Shown: positions 42,289 through 54,915, counted from the first letter of the stretch. The stretch is 64,000 nucleotides of DNA from an uncultured Nitrospiraceae bacterium (GCA_963811165.1 CAWEQH010000001.1:627563-691562); one strand, 5' to 3'. Notes: generated by a model from the sequence alone, not told the origin. Numbers and translations are program-made.

Positions 42289-43245
42289 ATGAAAGCTGAT
42301 ATCCCGGCAGTCTCGATAGTGATGCCTCTTTTCAATAAAGAGAAGGAAGTTAGTCGTGCAATCCGGTCGGTCCTGTCTCAGTCCGCGCAAGTTTTTGAAT
42401 TGATTGTCGTCAATGATGGGTCGACGGACAATAGTCCTTCAGTGGTGAATAAGTTTGTTGATCTGAGAATCAGGATGATTTACCAGAAAAACTGCGGTGT
42501 TTCGTCTGCACGAAACAGGGGGATAAGCGAGGCAAGAGCTGACCTCATCGCCTTTCTTGATGCCGATGATGAATGGGCTCCGGATTTCTTGGAGACTATC
42601 ATAGGGTTGAGGTCAAAATATCCTTCCTGCGACATATTTGGGACACGCTACTTTCTTTCATCACTAACAGGGCATAAGCATCCAGCGGTCATAAAGGGCA
42701 ACCCTCATGATATGAAGGACGGTATTTTAACTGACTATTTTATCGTCGCTGCGCAATCAGACCCGCCCCTTTGTCCTTCCGCCGTCGCAGTCACAAGAAA
42801 GGCAATAGAGATTGTCGGCGGATTTCCGGGTGGCGTGATCAGCGGCGAAGATTTGTTGACGTGGGCGCGACTTGCTTCAAAGTTCCAGATCGCCTATGCG
42901 ATGAAACCGTGCGCCACTTATTATAGCCCCCAAAAGGTCTCGGACCGTCCTGGACGGGTTCCCGCGGAGCCTGATATCGTGGGGGGGGCGCTGAGAGAGC
43001 TTCTCAATGAAGCGGATTCTGCGATGATCCCCGGACTAAAAGCGTACATAGCACTTTGGCATAGAATGAGGGCGGTTGTTTATATTCAGCTGGGGTCCAG
43101 AAAAAACGCCTTAAAGGAGATTAGAAAAGCTATCAGATTTGCGCCCAGTCCGAGGCTATTCCTCTTTCTCCTTATCGTGCACCTCCCCGGTTCTCTTTCT
43201 TCGAAAGTTCTAATGTCTATAAAAAAGATCAAGGCATATTCATGA
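42289..43245 (+). CDS. Glycosyltransferase family 2
   Basis: SIVMPLFN, VNDGSTD, GVSSARNRG, FLDADD. Confidence 0.92.
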   Translation: MKADIPAVSIVMPLFNKEKEVSRAIRSVLSQSAQVFELIVVNDGSTDNSPSVVNKFVDLRIRMIYQKNCGVSSARNRGISEARADLIAFLDADDEWAPDFLETIIGLRSKYPSCDIFGTRYFLSSLTGHKHPAVIKGNPHDMKDGILTDYFIVAAQSDPPLCPSAVAVTRKAIEIVGGFPGGVISGEDLLTWARLASKFQIAYAMKPCATYYSPQKVSDRPGRVPAEPDIVGGALRELLNEADSAMIPGLKAYIALWHRMRAVVYIQLGSRKNALKEIRKAIRFAPSPRLFLFLLIVHLPGSLSSKVLMSIKKIKAYS

Positions 43246-43274
43246 TGTATGTATATCCTGAAAGATAGTTTCTC

Positions 43275-44498
43275 ATGAAACAAAAAAGAGTTAAAACAAA
43301 GTTGTCATTTCTCATTTGGTTGGTTGCTGTCACGACGATTGTGGCTTGCCTCAGCGGAGCCAGTTTCTTAGGCTACAATGTTTCCGGTTACGCGTGGGCC
43401 ATCCCTTTGTCCCTTTCAATAATAATTTTTCTTCAGAATCCAGAAAAAATTCGCTTTCCCGTTGTGATCTGGCTTCCGTGGATATGCGTGGTGGCGGGCT
43501 ATCTTATTTTCGCAGATGCCGAAAACGCCTTTCAGCGAAGTGTGATGCTCCTCTGCCCCCTCTTTATCGGTATGACCGTTTCTAAATCGAGGGTCGGAGA
43601 TAATGAACTGTCGAGTTTCAGGAAGTTATATCGATATATGGCGATTTCCCTCTACGCAATTGTTGTGTTGAAGACGGGCCTCCTTTTTACGGGGACACTG
43701 CCGAAAACTTCCGGCCTTGCTGCAGAAGTAATGACCGGCGCACTCCTCTGCACACTCTTTGCGACTCATTACATGTTCGGACAAAAAAGGGACCTTGTCT
43801 GGTGGGGGGCCCTGTCATCTATCCCAATTATCGCCCTTACAAGGATGGGTATGATCGCTACGGGTCTCTCCCTACCGCTCACCTTCGCGCCAATGAAGAT
43901 ACTTAAACGAATTGTGTTGGCTTCAATGATTATGGCTGCTGGATACGGCCTATTCTTTACAGAGCGTGTGCAGGAAAAGACTTTCTATTCCGGCAGCGGA
44001 ACTCTCCAGGATGTCAACAGGGAGAACCCCGATTTTGCGACCAGCGGGCGAAAATCCATATGGGAGCATATGCAAACAGAGATCGATAAACAGCCATGGT
44101 TCGGGCACGGGGCAAATGCGTCGGAACCATTTGTAGCAAGACTGACGGGTGGGCTGACACACCCTCATAACGATTGGCTACGATTGCTTTTCGACTATGG
44201 ATATTTTGGGACAGTTATTTTCGGGATCACGATGGTGCTTCAAGTCCTGCATCTTATCAGGAAAGGGAAACAGACCTCCGGAGAAACCCGCATTCTGTTT
44301 TTTGCCGGTGCATCCTCGTTTGTCGCTTTCTCACTCTTTATGTTTACCGATAACATCATTCTTTATGCTGCATTTTTCGGAAACCTTCAGTTCACTCTCC
44401 TTGGGCTTGCATATGCGGCATATGGGACCTCTGCCCTTTCGCAGACACAGAAGGAGGCGGTTGTCAAGCGTCCTATTTGGCGAAGGATACGATGGTGA
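43275..44498 (+). CDS. O-antigen ligase/polymerase (Wzy_C) family protein
   Basis: About 10 TMs; TSGR..IW..PWFGHG; HPHNDWL. Confidence 0.85.
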   Translation: MKQKRVKTKLSFLIWLVAVTTIVACLSGASFLGYNVSGYAWAIPLSLSIIIFLQNPEKIRFPVVIWLPWICVVAGYLIFADAENAFQRSVMLLCPLFIGMTVSKSRVGDNELSSFRKLYRYMAISLYAIVVLKTGLLFTGTLPKTSGLAAEVMTGALLCTLFATHYMFGQKRDLVWWGALSSIPIIALTRMGMIATGLSLPLTFAPMKILKRIVLASMIMAAGYGLFFTERVQEKTFYSGSGTLQDVNRENPDFATSGRKSIWEHMQTEIDKQPWFGHGANASEPFVARLTGGLTHPHNDWLRLLFDYGYFGTVIFGITMVLQVLHLIRKGKQTSGETRILFFAGASSFVAFSLFMFTDNIILYAAFFGNLQFTLLGLAYAAYGTSALSQTQKEAVVKRPIWRRIRW

Positions 44499-45268
44499 TG
44501 CAGAACAGGCGCTTCTATGAGACAGTAGACAGGGCAAATGTATATACCGTAGAGGATGATCCAGTCAAACATCCTTTTTATCGGATGCTTTCGCAATTTG
44601 TTCAGAAATGGGGGCTAACAAACAAACGATGTCTTGAGATTGGAAGTTCGAAGGGACTCTTTCAGGATATCGTTGATGACTATACCGGAGTGGATGTGGC
44701 TGAAAGTCTTTCTGGATACTACCATAAAAAGTTTTTTCCGGTATTGGGCGCCGAACTGCCTTTCTTTGATAATACATTCGATGGCATCTTCACCTATGCC
44801 ACTCACGAGCATATCCCGGAGCTTGAAACTGCCCTTGAGGAAATTGTGAGAGTTCTTAAGCCCGGGGGAGTCTGCCTTTTCGCTCCGGCATGGCATACGC
44901 GACCATGGTTCGCTGGAGGATATCAGGTGCGGCCATACGCAGACCTCAGATGGCGGGAGAGGATGATTAAATTTACAATTCCTCTCCGAGACTTGGTTCT
45001 GATAAGATGGCCCTTTGTGTTTCTGAGGAGACTGACAAGCTTGTTTATGTATATTGTGTCACGCGGTACGCCCAAACCCCTTCACTTCAAGAAACTTGCG
45101 GCAAATTATGAGCAATATTGGCAGTCGGATTCCGATGCGTGCAATAGCCTCGACCCCTTTGACGCTATTCTATGGTTTCGAAGTCGCAATGTCATTTGCC
45201 ACGGGTATCGCAACTTGTGGAAGGCTCTTTTTGTAAGAACATATGCCCTCGAGTTGCAGAAACTATAA
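44498..45268 (+). CDS. Class I SAM-dependent methyltransferase
   Basis: LEIGS..G, LPFFDNTFD, EHIP, RVLKPGG. Confidence 0.88.
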   Translation: MQNRRFYETVDRANVYTVEDDPVKHPFYRMLSQFVQKWGLTNKRCLEIGSSKGLFQDIVDDYTGVDVAESLSGYYHKKFFPVLGAELPFFDNTFDGIFTYATHEHIPELETALEEIVRVLKPGGVCLFAPAWHTRPWFAGGYQVRPYADLRWRERMIKFTIPLRDLVLIRWPFVFLRRLTSLFMYIVSRGTPKPLHFKKLAANYEQYWQSDSDACNSLDPFDAILWFRSRNVICHGYRNLWKALFVRTYALELQKL

Positions 45269-45310
45269 TCTTCTTTTTACAATCGTCAACAAGACGGTGA
45301 TGCCCGCACT

Positions 45311-46516
45311 ATGGGACTGCATGTAGCCGTCGTCTGGCAGCGGTTTTTGCCTTATCACCGGGCCAGGGCGCGGCGCACTCATGCGCGGTTGATCGAGCTT
45401 GGGCACAGGTTCACTGCGGTAGAGGTAGCCTCACAGGATGCCTCGTATGATTTTCCCGAAGATAGCTCTAACGGCGGCATGGAACACATCTGCTGTTTCC
45501 CGGGCGTTTCTTATCATGCTCAGAAAGCAAAGGATATCTATATGAAGGTCTTGAACGTTTTGACAGACCTTAGACCTGATGTGGTGTTTGCTCCGGCTAC
45601 GCCTTTCCCTGAGGGCATGGCAGCGCTTGCATATCGGCTGGAAAATGGAAAACGGGTGTTCATGATGGACGATGCCTGGGAGCATACGGACCGGAGGGGG
45701 CCTGTCACTAACCTTATGAAGCGGGTCATTCATAAAAATGCCGATGCCGTCTTTGTCCCTGCGCCTTCTCACCTTTCGTATTACAATGGGCTCGGTTTTT
45801 CAACTGACCGGATTGTCTTCGGTGTTGATGTTGTCGACAACGATTATTATTCTGCAAATGCTGAGAAATGCCGCCTCGACGGAGCTCGGTTGCGGGCAGG
45901 GCATGGCCTCCCTCTAAACTATTTCCTCTTCGTCGGAAGGTTTTTAACAAGGAAAGGCATCGAGGGTCTTATTGAGGCATATAAACAGTACAGAAAGACG
46001 TCGGAGGAACCGTGGGGCCTTATATTGGTCGGGGACGGTCAGGACGGAGCGAAGTTTCGTTCTATGGCAGAAGGGCTAAGGGACGTGCGTTTCGTCGGCC
46101 CCTGCTACGGTGAGGAACTCTGCCGTTATTATGCGCTCGCCGGCGCACTTATCGTCCCTAGTATCTCTGACCCGTGGGGACTGGTTATCAATGAAGGTAT
46201 GGCCTGTGGTTTGCCGGTGGTTGTCAGTAGGGGTTGCGGCGCTGCAAAGACCCTTGTGCAAGAGGGAGAAAACGGCTGGACATTTGAGTCGGGCGACTCG
46301 GAGACTTTGGCCGTCTTAATGAGCAGGTTAAGTTCCATGCCTGCCGAAACGCTTGACAAGATGGGTGAGCGATCGAAGCAGATCATATCGGGATGGTCCC
46401 TCGACAGGTTCTCGGACGGAGTGATTAAGGCGCTCACCATCCCTCACCGTCCGCCAGCCGGATTTATCAGCAATCTGGCAGTCCAGTTATGGAAGGGCAG
46501 GGTGCGGACGACTTGA
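45311..46516 (+). CDS. Glycosyltransferase family 4
   Basis: FVGRF..RKG; DPWGLVINEGMACG. Confidence 0.9.
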   Translation: MGLHVAVVWQRFLPYHRARARRTHARLIELGHRFTAVEVASQDASYDFPEDSSNGGMEHICCFPGVSYHAQKAKDIYMKVLNVLTDLRPDVVFAPATPFPEGMAALAYRLENGKRVFMMDDAWEHTDRRGPVTNLMKRVIHKNADAVFVPAPSHLSYYNGLGFSTDRIVFGVDVVDNDYYSANAEKCRLDGARLRAGHGLPLNYFLFVGRFLTRKGIEGLIEAYKQYRKTSEEPWGLILVGDGQDGAKFRSMAEGLRDVRFVGPCYGEELCRYYALAGALIVPSISDPWGLVINEGMACGLPVVVSRGCGAAKTLVQEGENGWTFESGDSETLAVLMSRLSSMPAETLDKMGERSKQIISGWSLDRFSDGVIKALTIPHRPPAGFISNLAVQLWKGRVRTT

Positions 46517-46517
46517 T

Positions 46518-47711
46518 ATGAAAGTCCTCCTCGTCCATAACTTCTACCAATCTTCCTCCCCTTCGGGCGAAGACGCGGTGTATCGAAACGAGGCGGGGCT
46601 GTTGAGGAGCAGGGAAGTTGCGGTCGTTCAGTACGAAAGGCATAACGACGAGATTTCCGGGCTGCTTGATAGAGCAAAGACGGGTTCGGCTTCAATCTGG
46701 TCGAAACAGACATACCGGGAAATCTCGGGGCTCATCAAAAAAGAAAAACCCGATATCGCCCACTTCCATAACATCTGGTATCTCATCTCACCCTCTGCAT
46801 ATTATGCCTGCAAAGAAGCCGGTGTCCCTGTTGTGCAGACACTGCACAATTTCAGGATGTTCTGTGCAAACGGTTTATTGATGAGGGATGGGCGCGTCTG
46901 TGAGGACTGTGTCGGCAGGGTCCCATGGCGGGGCACCGCGTACGGCTGCTACCGCAGCTCCCGGCTTTACTCCCTGCCGGTTGTCGCTTCGCAGATCATC
47001 CATCGGGCAAGAAGGACATGGGCGGAGGCCGTCGACGCATATGTTGCACTTACGGAATTCGGAAAGCGGAAATTCGTTGAATGCGGATTGCCGGCAGAGA
47101 AGATATTTGTTAAGCCCAACTTTCTTGCCGACCCGCCCACCGCAAACTACACTATGGCCGACTATGCCATTTACATGGGAAGACTGTCTGAGGAAAAGGG
47201 GCTGGATGTCCTGGTCGATGCGCTCGCAACTGATAATGGCATGGTATCGCGGCTTAAGGTGAAGATTGTGGGTGAAGGGCCCATGAGGGCCCATCTCGAG
47301 GGCAAGGCAAAGGACAAGAGCCTTTCGAATATCGAGTTCCTGGGCAGGAAGGATTTCAGCGAATGCCTTGACCTTCTTTCCCGCGCCCGCTTCATGATCG
47401 TGCCGTCCGTCTGCTATGAAAATTTCCCGATGGCTATTCGGGAGGCCTTTGCCTGCGGCAAGCCGGTGATCGCTTCGAATCTGGGGGCCATGGCATCGAT
47501 AATCAGGGACCGAGAAACAGGTCTTCTCTTTCAACCCGGAAACCCTGAAGATCTCGCCTCAAAGATTGCCTGGATGGTCGGAAATGAGGATGCCTGCATT
47601 CAGATGGGCCGAAACGCGAGGTCTGAGTTCGAAAGTAAATATACAGCGGACCGGAACTTCGAGATGTTGATGGGGATTTATCGCAAAACGATCTCGGGGA
47701 AGAGAAGATGA
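46518..47711 (+). CDS. Glycosyltransferase family 4
   Basis: HNFYQ..GE; GRLSEEKG; YENFPMAIREAFACG. Confidence 0.92.
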   Translation: MKVLLVHNFYQSSSPSGEDAVYRNEAGLLRSREVAVVQYERHNDEISGLLDRAKTGSASIWSKQTYREISGLIKKEKPDIAHFHNIWYLISPSAYYACKEAGVPVVQTLHNFRMFCANGLLMRDGRVCEDCVGRVPWRGTAYGCYRSSRLYSLPVVASQIIHRARRTWAEAVDAYVALTEFGKRKFVECGLPAEKIFVKPNFLADPPTANYTMADYAIYMGRLSEEKGLDVLVDALATDNGMVSRLKVKIVGEGPMRAHLEGKAKDKSLSNIEFLGRKDFSECLDLLSRARFMIVPSVCYENFPMAIREAFACGKPVIASNLGAMASIIRDRETGLLFQPGNPEDLASKIAWMVGNEDACIQMGRNARSEFESKYTADRNFEMLMGIYRKTISGKRR

Positions 47712-47740
47712 GTAAATGAGGGGGATGGGGATATGGGTGA
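47700..47740 (+). repeat. Octamer array (ATGRGNNN), left flank of the second four-helix gene
   Basis: aagagaag atgagtaa atgagggg g atggggat atgggtga. Confidence 0.65.
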
Positions 47741-48092
47741 AATCAAGACACATAAGGATCTTGAAGTATGGCAGAAAGCAATCGATCTGGTCGAAAAAAC
47801 ATATCGTGTCACAAAGACTTTTCCTCACGAAGAGCTGTATGGACTAACGTCGCAAATCAGAAGAGCTGCCGTCTCCATTCCTTCAAACATTGCTGAAGGA
47901 GCTGCGAGGCAGACAAGCAAAGAGTATATTCAGTATCTCTATATTGCTCTTGGCTCATTGTCTGAGCTTGAGACGCAGTTCATTGTCGCAAAGAGAATAA
48001 GCGCTTTACAGGACGACAGTGTTTTGCCGGACATTGAGCATTTGAGGCGAAAGCTGCTTAATTTTATCAAATACAGGAAGAGCAAGTGTTAG
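47733..48092 (+). CDS. Four helix bundle protein (23S rRNA IVP/S23, Avd-like family)
   Basis: HKDLEVWQKA..FP.EELYGLTSQIRRAAVSIPSNIAEG..IALGSLSELETQ. Confidence 0.94.
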   Translation: MGEIKTHKDLEVWQKAIDLVEKTYRVTKTFPHEELYGLTSQIRRAAVSIPSNIAEGAARQTSKEYIQYLYIALGSLSELETQFIVAKRISALQDDSVLPDIEHLRRKLLNFIKYRKSKC

Positions 48093-48105
48093 AGTAGATA
48101 ATGAT

Positions 48106-48137
48106 ATTCACATATTCTCATTCTCGCATACTCTCAT
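48106..48137 (-). repeat. Inverted octamer array, right flank of the second four-helix gene
   Basis: attcacat attctcat tctcgcat actctcat. Confidence 0.7.
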
Positions 48138-48888
48138 GATCGAATATGTCCTGGGCTACCGGGTCTCTGCCGATTCCCTGGCGGCATGCGTCTCCGGGAT
48201 AGCGGAAGGGATTGTCTCCGGCAAGATGAGGAAATACTTCGTCTGTGCCAACCCCCATTCTCTTGAAGTAGCGCGAAGGGACCCTGACTTCGATATCGCG
48301 ATAAAAAACGCCGACCTTATCGTGCCGGACGGCATAGGCATCGTGCTGGCCTCAAAGATCCTCGGGGGGTGTATCAAAAAAAGGATCACGGGCATGGACA
48401 TGTTCCTCGGCCTGAGTGGTGAGCTCAATAAAGACGGCGGATACAGCTGTTTCTTCCTCGGCTCCACCCGTGAGAACCTCGACAAGATCAGGGAAAAAAT
48501 GCGGACGGACTTTCCGAATCTCAAAGTCGCAGGCGCCTATTCCCCGCCCTTTAAACCCGCATTCAGCGATGAGGACAACAGGCGCATGAGAGATGCAATC
48601 AACGAGGCCCGGCCGGATGTGCTCTGGGTCGGCATGACCGCGCCCAAGCAGGAAAAATGGACCTATGAAAACAGGACCGGGCTGGACGTTAAATTCATCG
48701 GCCCAATCGGCGCGGTCTTCGATTTCTACTCCGGAAGCGTGAAAAGGTCCCATCCGCTGTTTCAGAGGATGGGCCTCGAATGGCTGCCCCGCCTCATCCG
48801 GCAGCCGCGCAGACTCTGGAGACGCAACTTCATCTCAAATCCCTCATTTCTCCTGAGGGTCATTTCGCAAAGGTTCATGCGTCATTAA
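48136..48888 (+). CDS. WecB/TagA/CpsF glycosyltransferase (GT26)
   Basis: ANPH, VPDGIG, RITGMD, VGMTAPKQEKW, GLEWL.RL. Confidence 0.93.
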   Translation: MIEYVLGYRVSADSLAACVSGIAEGIVSGKMRKYFVCANPHSLEVARRDPDFDIAIKNADLIVPDGIGIVLASKILGGCIKKRITGMDMFLGLSGELNKDGGYSCFFLGSTRENLDKIREKMRTDFPNLKVAGAYSPPFKPAFSDEDNRRMRDAINEARPDVLWVGMTAPKQEKWTYENRTGLDVKFIGPIGAVFDFYSGSVKRSHPLFQRMGLEWLPRLIRQPRRLWRRNFISNPSFLLRVISQRFMRH

Positions 48889-48896
48889 AAGGAAAC

Positions 48897-50075
48897 ATGG
48901 AAGTATCATTATTAAGATTTCTCCTCCCTTTCCCGATAAGAGATCGTATTAGTTTGTCCCGTAACGATCTGGAGAGGTTGAAGGGTGACGCCGTGAGACA
49001 TAATCAGCTTCTTTTGCTCTATTCCCAGGTGAAACGGCATCGTGAGATGATCGAACCTGCCGGGGTCGCAGACGATTTCCTGGAAGGGCAAAAGGCCGCT
49101 TACTATAGGAATGTCGTCCGCTCGATGAGGCAGGAAGCCGCTGAAAACAGGGCGCTCTCTCTTTTGTCGGCTGAAGGGGTCCCGGCGGTTTTGCTCAGGG
49201 GCAACGCCATCGCAAAAGACATTTATGGCGACCCTTATTGCCGGACCTCGACCGATATCGATATCCTGATCCGGCAAGGGGACCTGGCGCGTTCCGATTC
49301 GGTCTTTTCAAAAAACGGGTATGTCAGAGGCGACAACCTCCCCCTCGCTTTCTGGGTAAACCGGATACACCACGCGCTCTACCGCGGTCCCGATACCGAT
49401 GACCTGATCGAGCTGCACTGGAATTTCGGCATACCTTCTTTTTTCGGGCTTTCATCGGACGATATCTGGGCCGGCATTGTGCAAATCGAAAAAGATCAGT
49501 ACAGGGTATCGCCTGGGATGACGATACTCCATCTGCTTATGCATCATTACATGCATGCCTTCAGGGAATTACGGATACTTACCGATATTATATGGGCCCT
49601 GCACAAATACGAAGATTCGATCGAATGGGGCACCCTCGTGCAAACGATGAAGGACATCGGGCTTATGAAGACCGCAATGATCACCTCGGCCCAGATAACT
49701 TCATTGTGCAGGGAAGTTGCTTTGCAAGAGACTGCTTTGTCAAAGTTCGGGGAGGCGGTAGAGGGCATGGGGGGCCGGAGGCCGGGACTTCTCAAGGCTT
49801 ATTTTCGTTTGGCCCCGGAGAAAAAATATGCGTTTCAGGACCCGAGGGATAAATTTATGGTCCGCTTCGCCCTGGATAAAAGGAGAAAGATCATACAGTC
49901 TTTCGTCAAAACACTTTTCCCTTTGCCTGGGGACCTCAAACAACTTTACCGGGACGAGAGGAATTGGATGCTGCCGCTCCATTATTCGAGGTTTATCGCA
50001 TGGCGGCTTAAGGGGAGGGAGGGGATGATTCCGGCCCCGACTTCCGATAAAGAGGATACCATATGCCTTCGGTAA
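48897..50075 (+). CDS. Uncharacterised nucleotidyltransferase (NTP_transf_5-like)
   Basis: LLRG.....IY..P..R...DIDILI; IELHW. Confidence 0.8.
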   Translation: MEVSLLRFLLPFPIRDRISLSRNDLERLKGDAVRHNQLLLLYSQVKRHREMIEPAGVADDFLEGQKAAYYRNVVRSMRQEAAENRALSLLSAEGVPAVLLRGNAIAKDIYGDPYCRTSTDIDILIRQGDLARSDSVFSKNGYVRGDNLPLAFWVNRIHHALYRGPDTDDLIELHWNFGIPSFFGLSSDDIWAGIVQIEKDQYRVSPGMTILHLLMHHYMHAFRELRILTDIIWALHKYEDSIEWGTLVQTMKDIGLMKTAMITSAQITSLCREVALQETALSKFGEAVEGMGGRRPGLLKAYFRLAPEKKYAFQDPRDKFMVRFALDKRRKIIQSFVKTLFPLPGDLKQLYRDERNWMLPLHYSRFIAWRLKGREGMIPAPTSDKEDTICLR

Positions 50076-51523
50076 GACTGCTCTACTATTTTGTCTCCTA
50101 TTTCGCCGTGGCCTTCGGCTTGGCACTGGCTCTGACGCCGTTGATGCGTCCCCTCTCATTCAAATTAGGTGCGATCGACACGGGTACGGGCAGGAGGGTG
50201 CATACGGGCAGAATCCCCAGGCTGGGGGGTGTGGGCATATGTATGGCCTTTATGCTGCCGGTCGTTTTCTCCCTGACAAGGGGGGAGTGGGGCAGTTTCC
50301 ACGACAGCCTGATCGCGATCCTCATGGCCTCGGCGATCGTATTTTTTATCGGCCTGTACGATGACCTAAAAGGCGCGACGATAAGGAACAAGCTATTGGC
50401 CGAGGTGCTGGCCGCTTCGGTCATCTTTTTCTGGGGGATACGCATTACCGTCATCAGTAACCCCTTCGGCCCCCCTATAGTCCTAGGCTGGATGAGTTTC
50501 CCCGTGACGGTGCTCTGGGTAGTGGTGGTGACAAACGCAGTAAACCTGATAGACGGTATGGATGGTCTCGCCGCCGGGACGGGGATACTCATATCCCTCA
50601 CGCTTTTTTCCCTCTCCGCCTCCGACACGCATATGCAGCTGGCCTTTATCGTCATGGCGGGCAGCCTTGCCGGATTTTTGGTGTATAATTTTCCGCCTGC
50701 ATCGATTTTCATGGGAGATTCAGGGAGCCTCTTCCTCGGCTTTTTCCTTGGGGCCCTGTCGATACTCTCCTCGCATAAGGCGACGGCCATCGCAACGATC
50801 ATGATCCCCATCATCGCCTTCAGTTTCCCGCTCATGGACATGCTTTACGCGGTGCTGAGGCGTTATGTGAGAGGGGTCCCCCTCGGAAATGCCGACAAGG
50901 AGCATATACACCACAAGCTTTTAGAAAAAGGCCTGTCAAAGAGAAAGGTCCTCTTTCTCCTCTATTTCGTCAATATCAGCGCCATGCTGACGGTCCTGGT
51001 GCTGGTGAGGAAACAGTTGAATGTCGATTTCTTCGGTCTCATCTTGGTTGCAGTCGTTGCAATCTTTGGACTTCGGGCACTCGGTTATATTGAGTTTATT
51101 CCGTTTATCAAGGAGATCTTCGTCAGTTATGCCCTGGGAAGGAAGAGGAAGTTTTTTAATTATGTGATCACGAGGTTCAGGCAGGGAGCGGCGCAGAGCG
51201 ACTCTGCCGGTGAGTTTCGGGCGAGCCTGACCGCGATGGTGAAGGAATATAATTTTAGCTATACCGAGGTTCACCTCGATCTTCCAGGAATAGAAAATCC
51301 CTTTTATCTCTATGTAGACAAGAGTAGAACCGGCAATCCCATGAAGCTCTCCTTCCCGCTCACGTCTGCGCAGAATAAGGTCATGGGTTATATCCAGATA
51401 AGAAAACAGGTTGACGACGATTATTTCCTCTGCACCGCAGAGATGGTGAGGGCTCTTTCCGATGAAGTAGTCCGGTTCGCAGTGGACCGCCTGGGACCCG
51501 CAAATACTACGAACTCCTCGTAG
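50063..51523 (+). CDS. wecA: Undecaprenyl-phosphate GlcNAc-1-phosphate transferase (WecA/MraY-like) with C-terminal extension
   Basis: PRLGG, GLYDD, NLIDGMDGL, IFMGDSGS, ADKEHIHH. Confidence 0.9.
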   Translation: MPSVRLLYYFVSYFAVAFGLALALTPLMRPLSFKLGAIDTGTGRRVHTGRIPRLGGVGICMAFMLPVVFSLTRGEWGSFHDSLIAILMASAIVFFIGLYDDLKGATIRNKLLAEVLAASVIFFWGIRITVISNPFGPPIVLGWMSFPVTVLWVVVVTNAVNLIDGMDGLAAGTGILISLTLFSLSASDTHMQLAFIVMAGSLAGFLVYNFPPASIFMGDSGSLFLGFFLGALSILSSHKATAIATIMIPIIAFSFPLMDMLYAVLRRYVRGVPLGNADKEHIHHKLLEKGLSKRKVLFLLYFVNISAMLTVLVLVRKQLNVDFFGLILVAVVAIFGLRALGYIEFIPFIKEIFVSYALGRKRKFFNYVITRFRQGAAQSDSAGEFRASLTAMVKEYNFSYTEVHLDLPGIENPFYLYVDKSRTGNPMKLSFPLTSAQNKVMGYIQIRKQVDDDYFLCTAEMVRALSDEVVRFAVDRLGPANTTNSS

Positions 51524-51650
51524 CGGATGAATGTAGGGCTGTCGAGATTCAACTTAGGAAAAACTGAGCCGGGACATAGTCCTTACGGTTGGCCGGGGGT
51601 ACTTCAATATGGTAAAATCGGGGGGCCTGGAAGAGAGTCATGGTAATTAG

Positions 51651-54099
<2,449 letters not shown>

Positions 54100-54101
54100 T
54101 G

Positions 54102-54536
54102 TTAGAGTTTAAGAAGCACCATCCCCGAGACAGGATCGAGTTCCCTCCGCGCGGTGACGCCGTCTATCTCGACTACGATGGCCTCGAGCACGAGGAATGT
54201 CTCGGCATTCTCCCTCAAACACCCCACCTTCACCATATCTTTTTTGCCGAAGGCGCCGTGAAAATGTATCTTGGGGGTCTCTTCCAGCCAGAAGATGGTG
54301 CCGACCCCGACCACTTCATGACTCTCCTCCAATTTTTTCCAGACCGGGGTGGGAGGGAATTCGTCTTTTTCAGGACCCACCACGATGCTACCCTGCCTCA
54401 TGCCGCCGACAAGATAAAAGACCGCTGCCTTGATCTTCTCCCTTCTTGCCAGTTCCGTGAGATTCCCTATGACGTCATCTCTATCTTCAAACCTCACGAT
54501 GACTACTCTGCCGGGCCTGCCGACCTGATATTGCAT
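54102..54536 (-). CDS. PPC/DUF296 domain protein
   Basis: E.VG.GTI..P.IHFHG..GCL. Confidence 0.85.
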   Translation of the reverse strand: MQYQVGRPGRVVIVRFEDRDDVIGNLTELARREKIKAAVFYLVGGMRQGSIVVGPEKDEFPPTPVWKKLEESHEVVGVGTIFWLEETPKIHFHGAFGKKDMVKVGCLRENAETFLVLEAIVVEIDGVTARRELDPVSGMVLLKL

Positions 54537-54666
54537 TTTCTCCTCCTCTGTTTACCCTGTTTGAAAGCGATAGTGCCTGGGAACAGTAATCCCCTTTTTT
54601 AAGCCGGACGGGGTTTATCCTGCTTAGAGACGGGTCTCAAGCGGGATTGATGATATTTCCTTTGAG

Positions 54667-54915
54667 CTACTGTTTTCTGTTTGTCTGGCTGGGATGGCCG
54701 TTCTTTTTTTCATTTGTGAGAGCCGCTCCGATCTTCAGGGCGCACTTGTAGTCCAGGCCGCAGGAACGAAGTACTGCGTCCATCTCCATGGTGTCCAGAT
54801 CCATGCTGTCGAGTTCTTCGATGATATGCAGAAGGAGTCCCACCTTGTTCATGCGGAATTCTTCGATCGCCTTCCGCTTCTGTGCGTCCTGCTGCGCCTC
54901 TTCACTATGATCCAT
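54667..54915 (-). CDS. Hypothetical protein
   Basis: Protein-like composition, co-oriented with its neighbour; no family recognised. Confidence 0.5.
   Translation of the reverse strand: MDHSEEAQQDAQKRKAIEEFRMNKVGLLLHIIEELDSMDLDTMEMDAVLRSCGLDYKCALKIGAALTNEKKNGHPSQTNRKQ

Noticed and set aside
29111..48092. Diversity-generating retroelement, suggested by the Avd-like proteins
   Set aside because: No reverse transcriptase and no TR/VR pair seen in the window
48897..50075. Lasso peptide cluster
   Set aside because: No cyclase, B2 protease, PqqD/RRE or precursor seen
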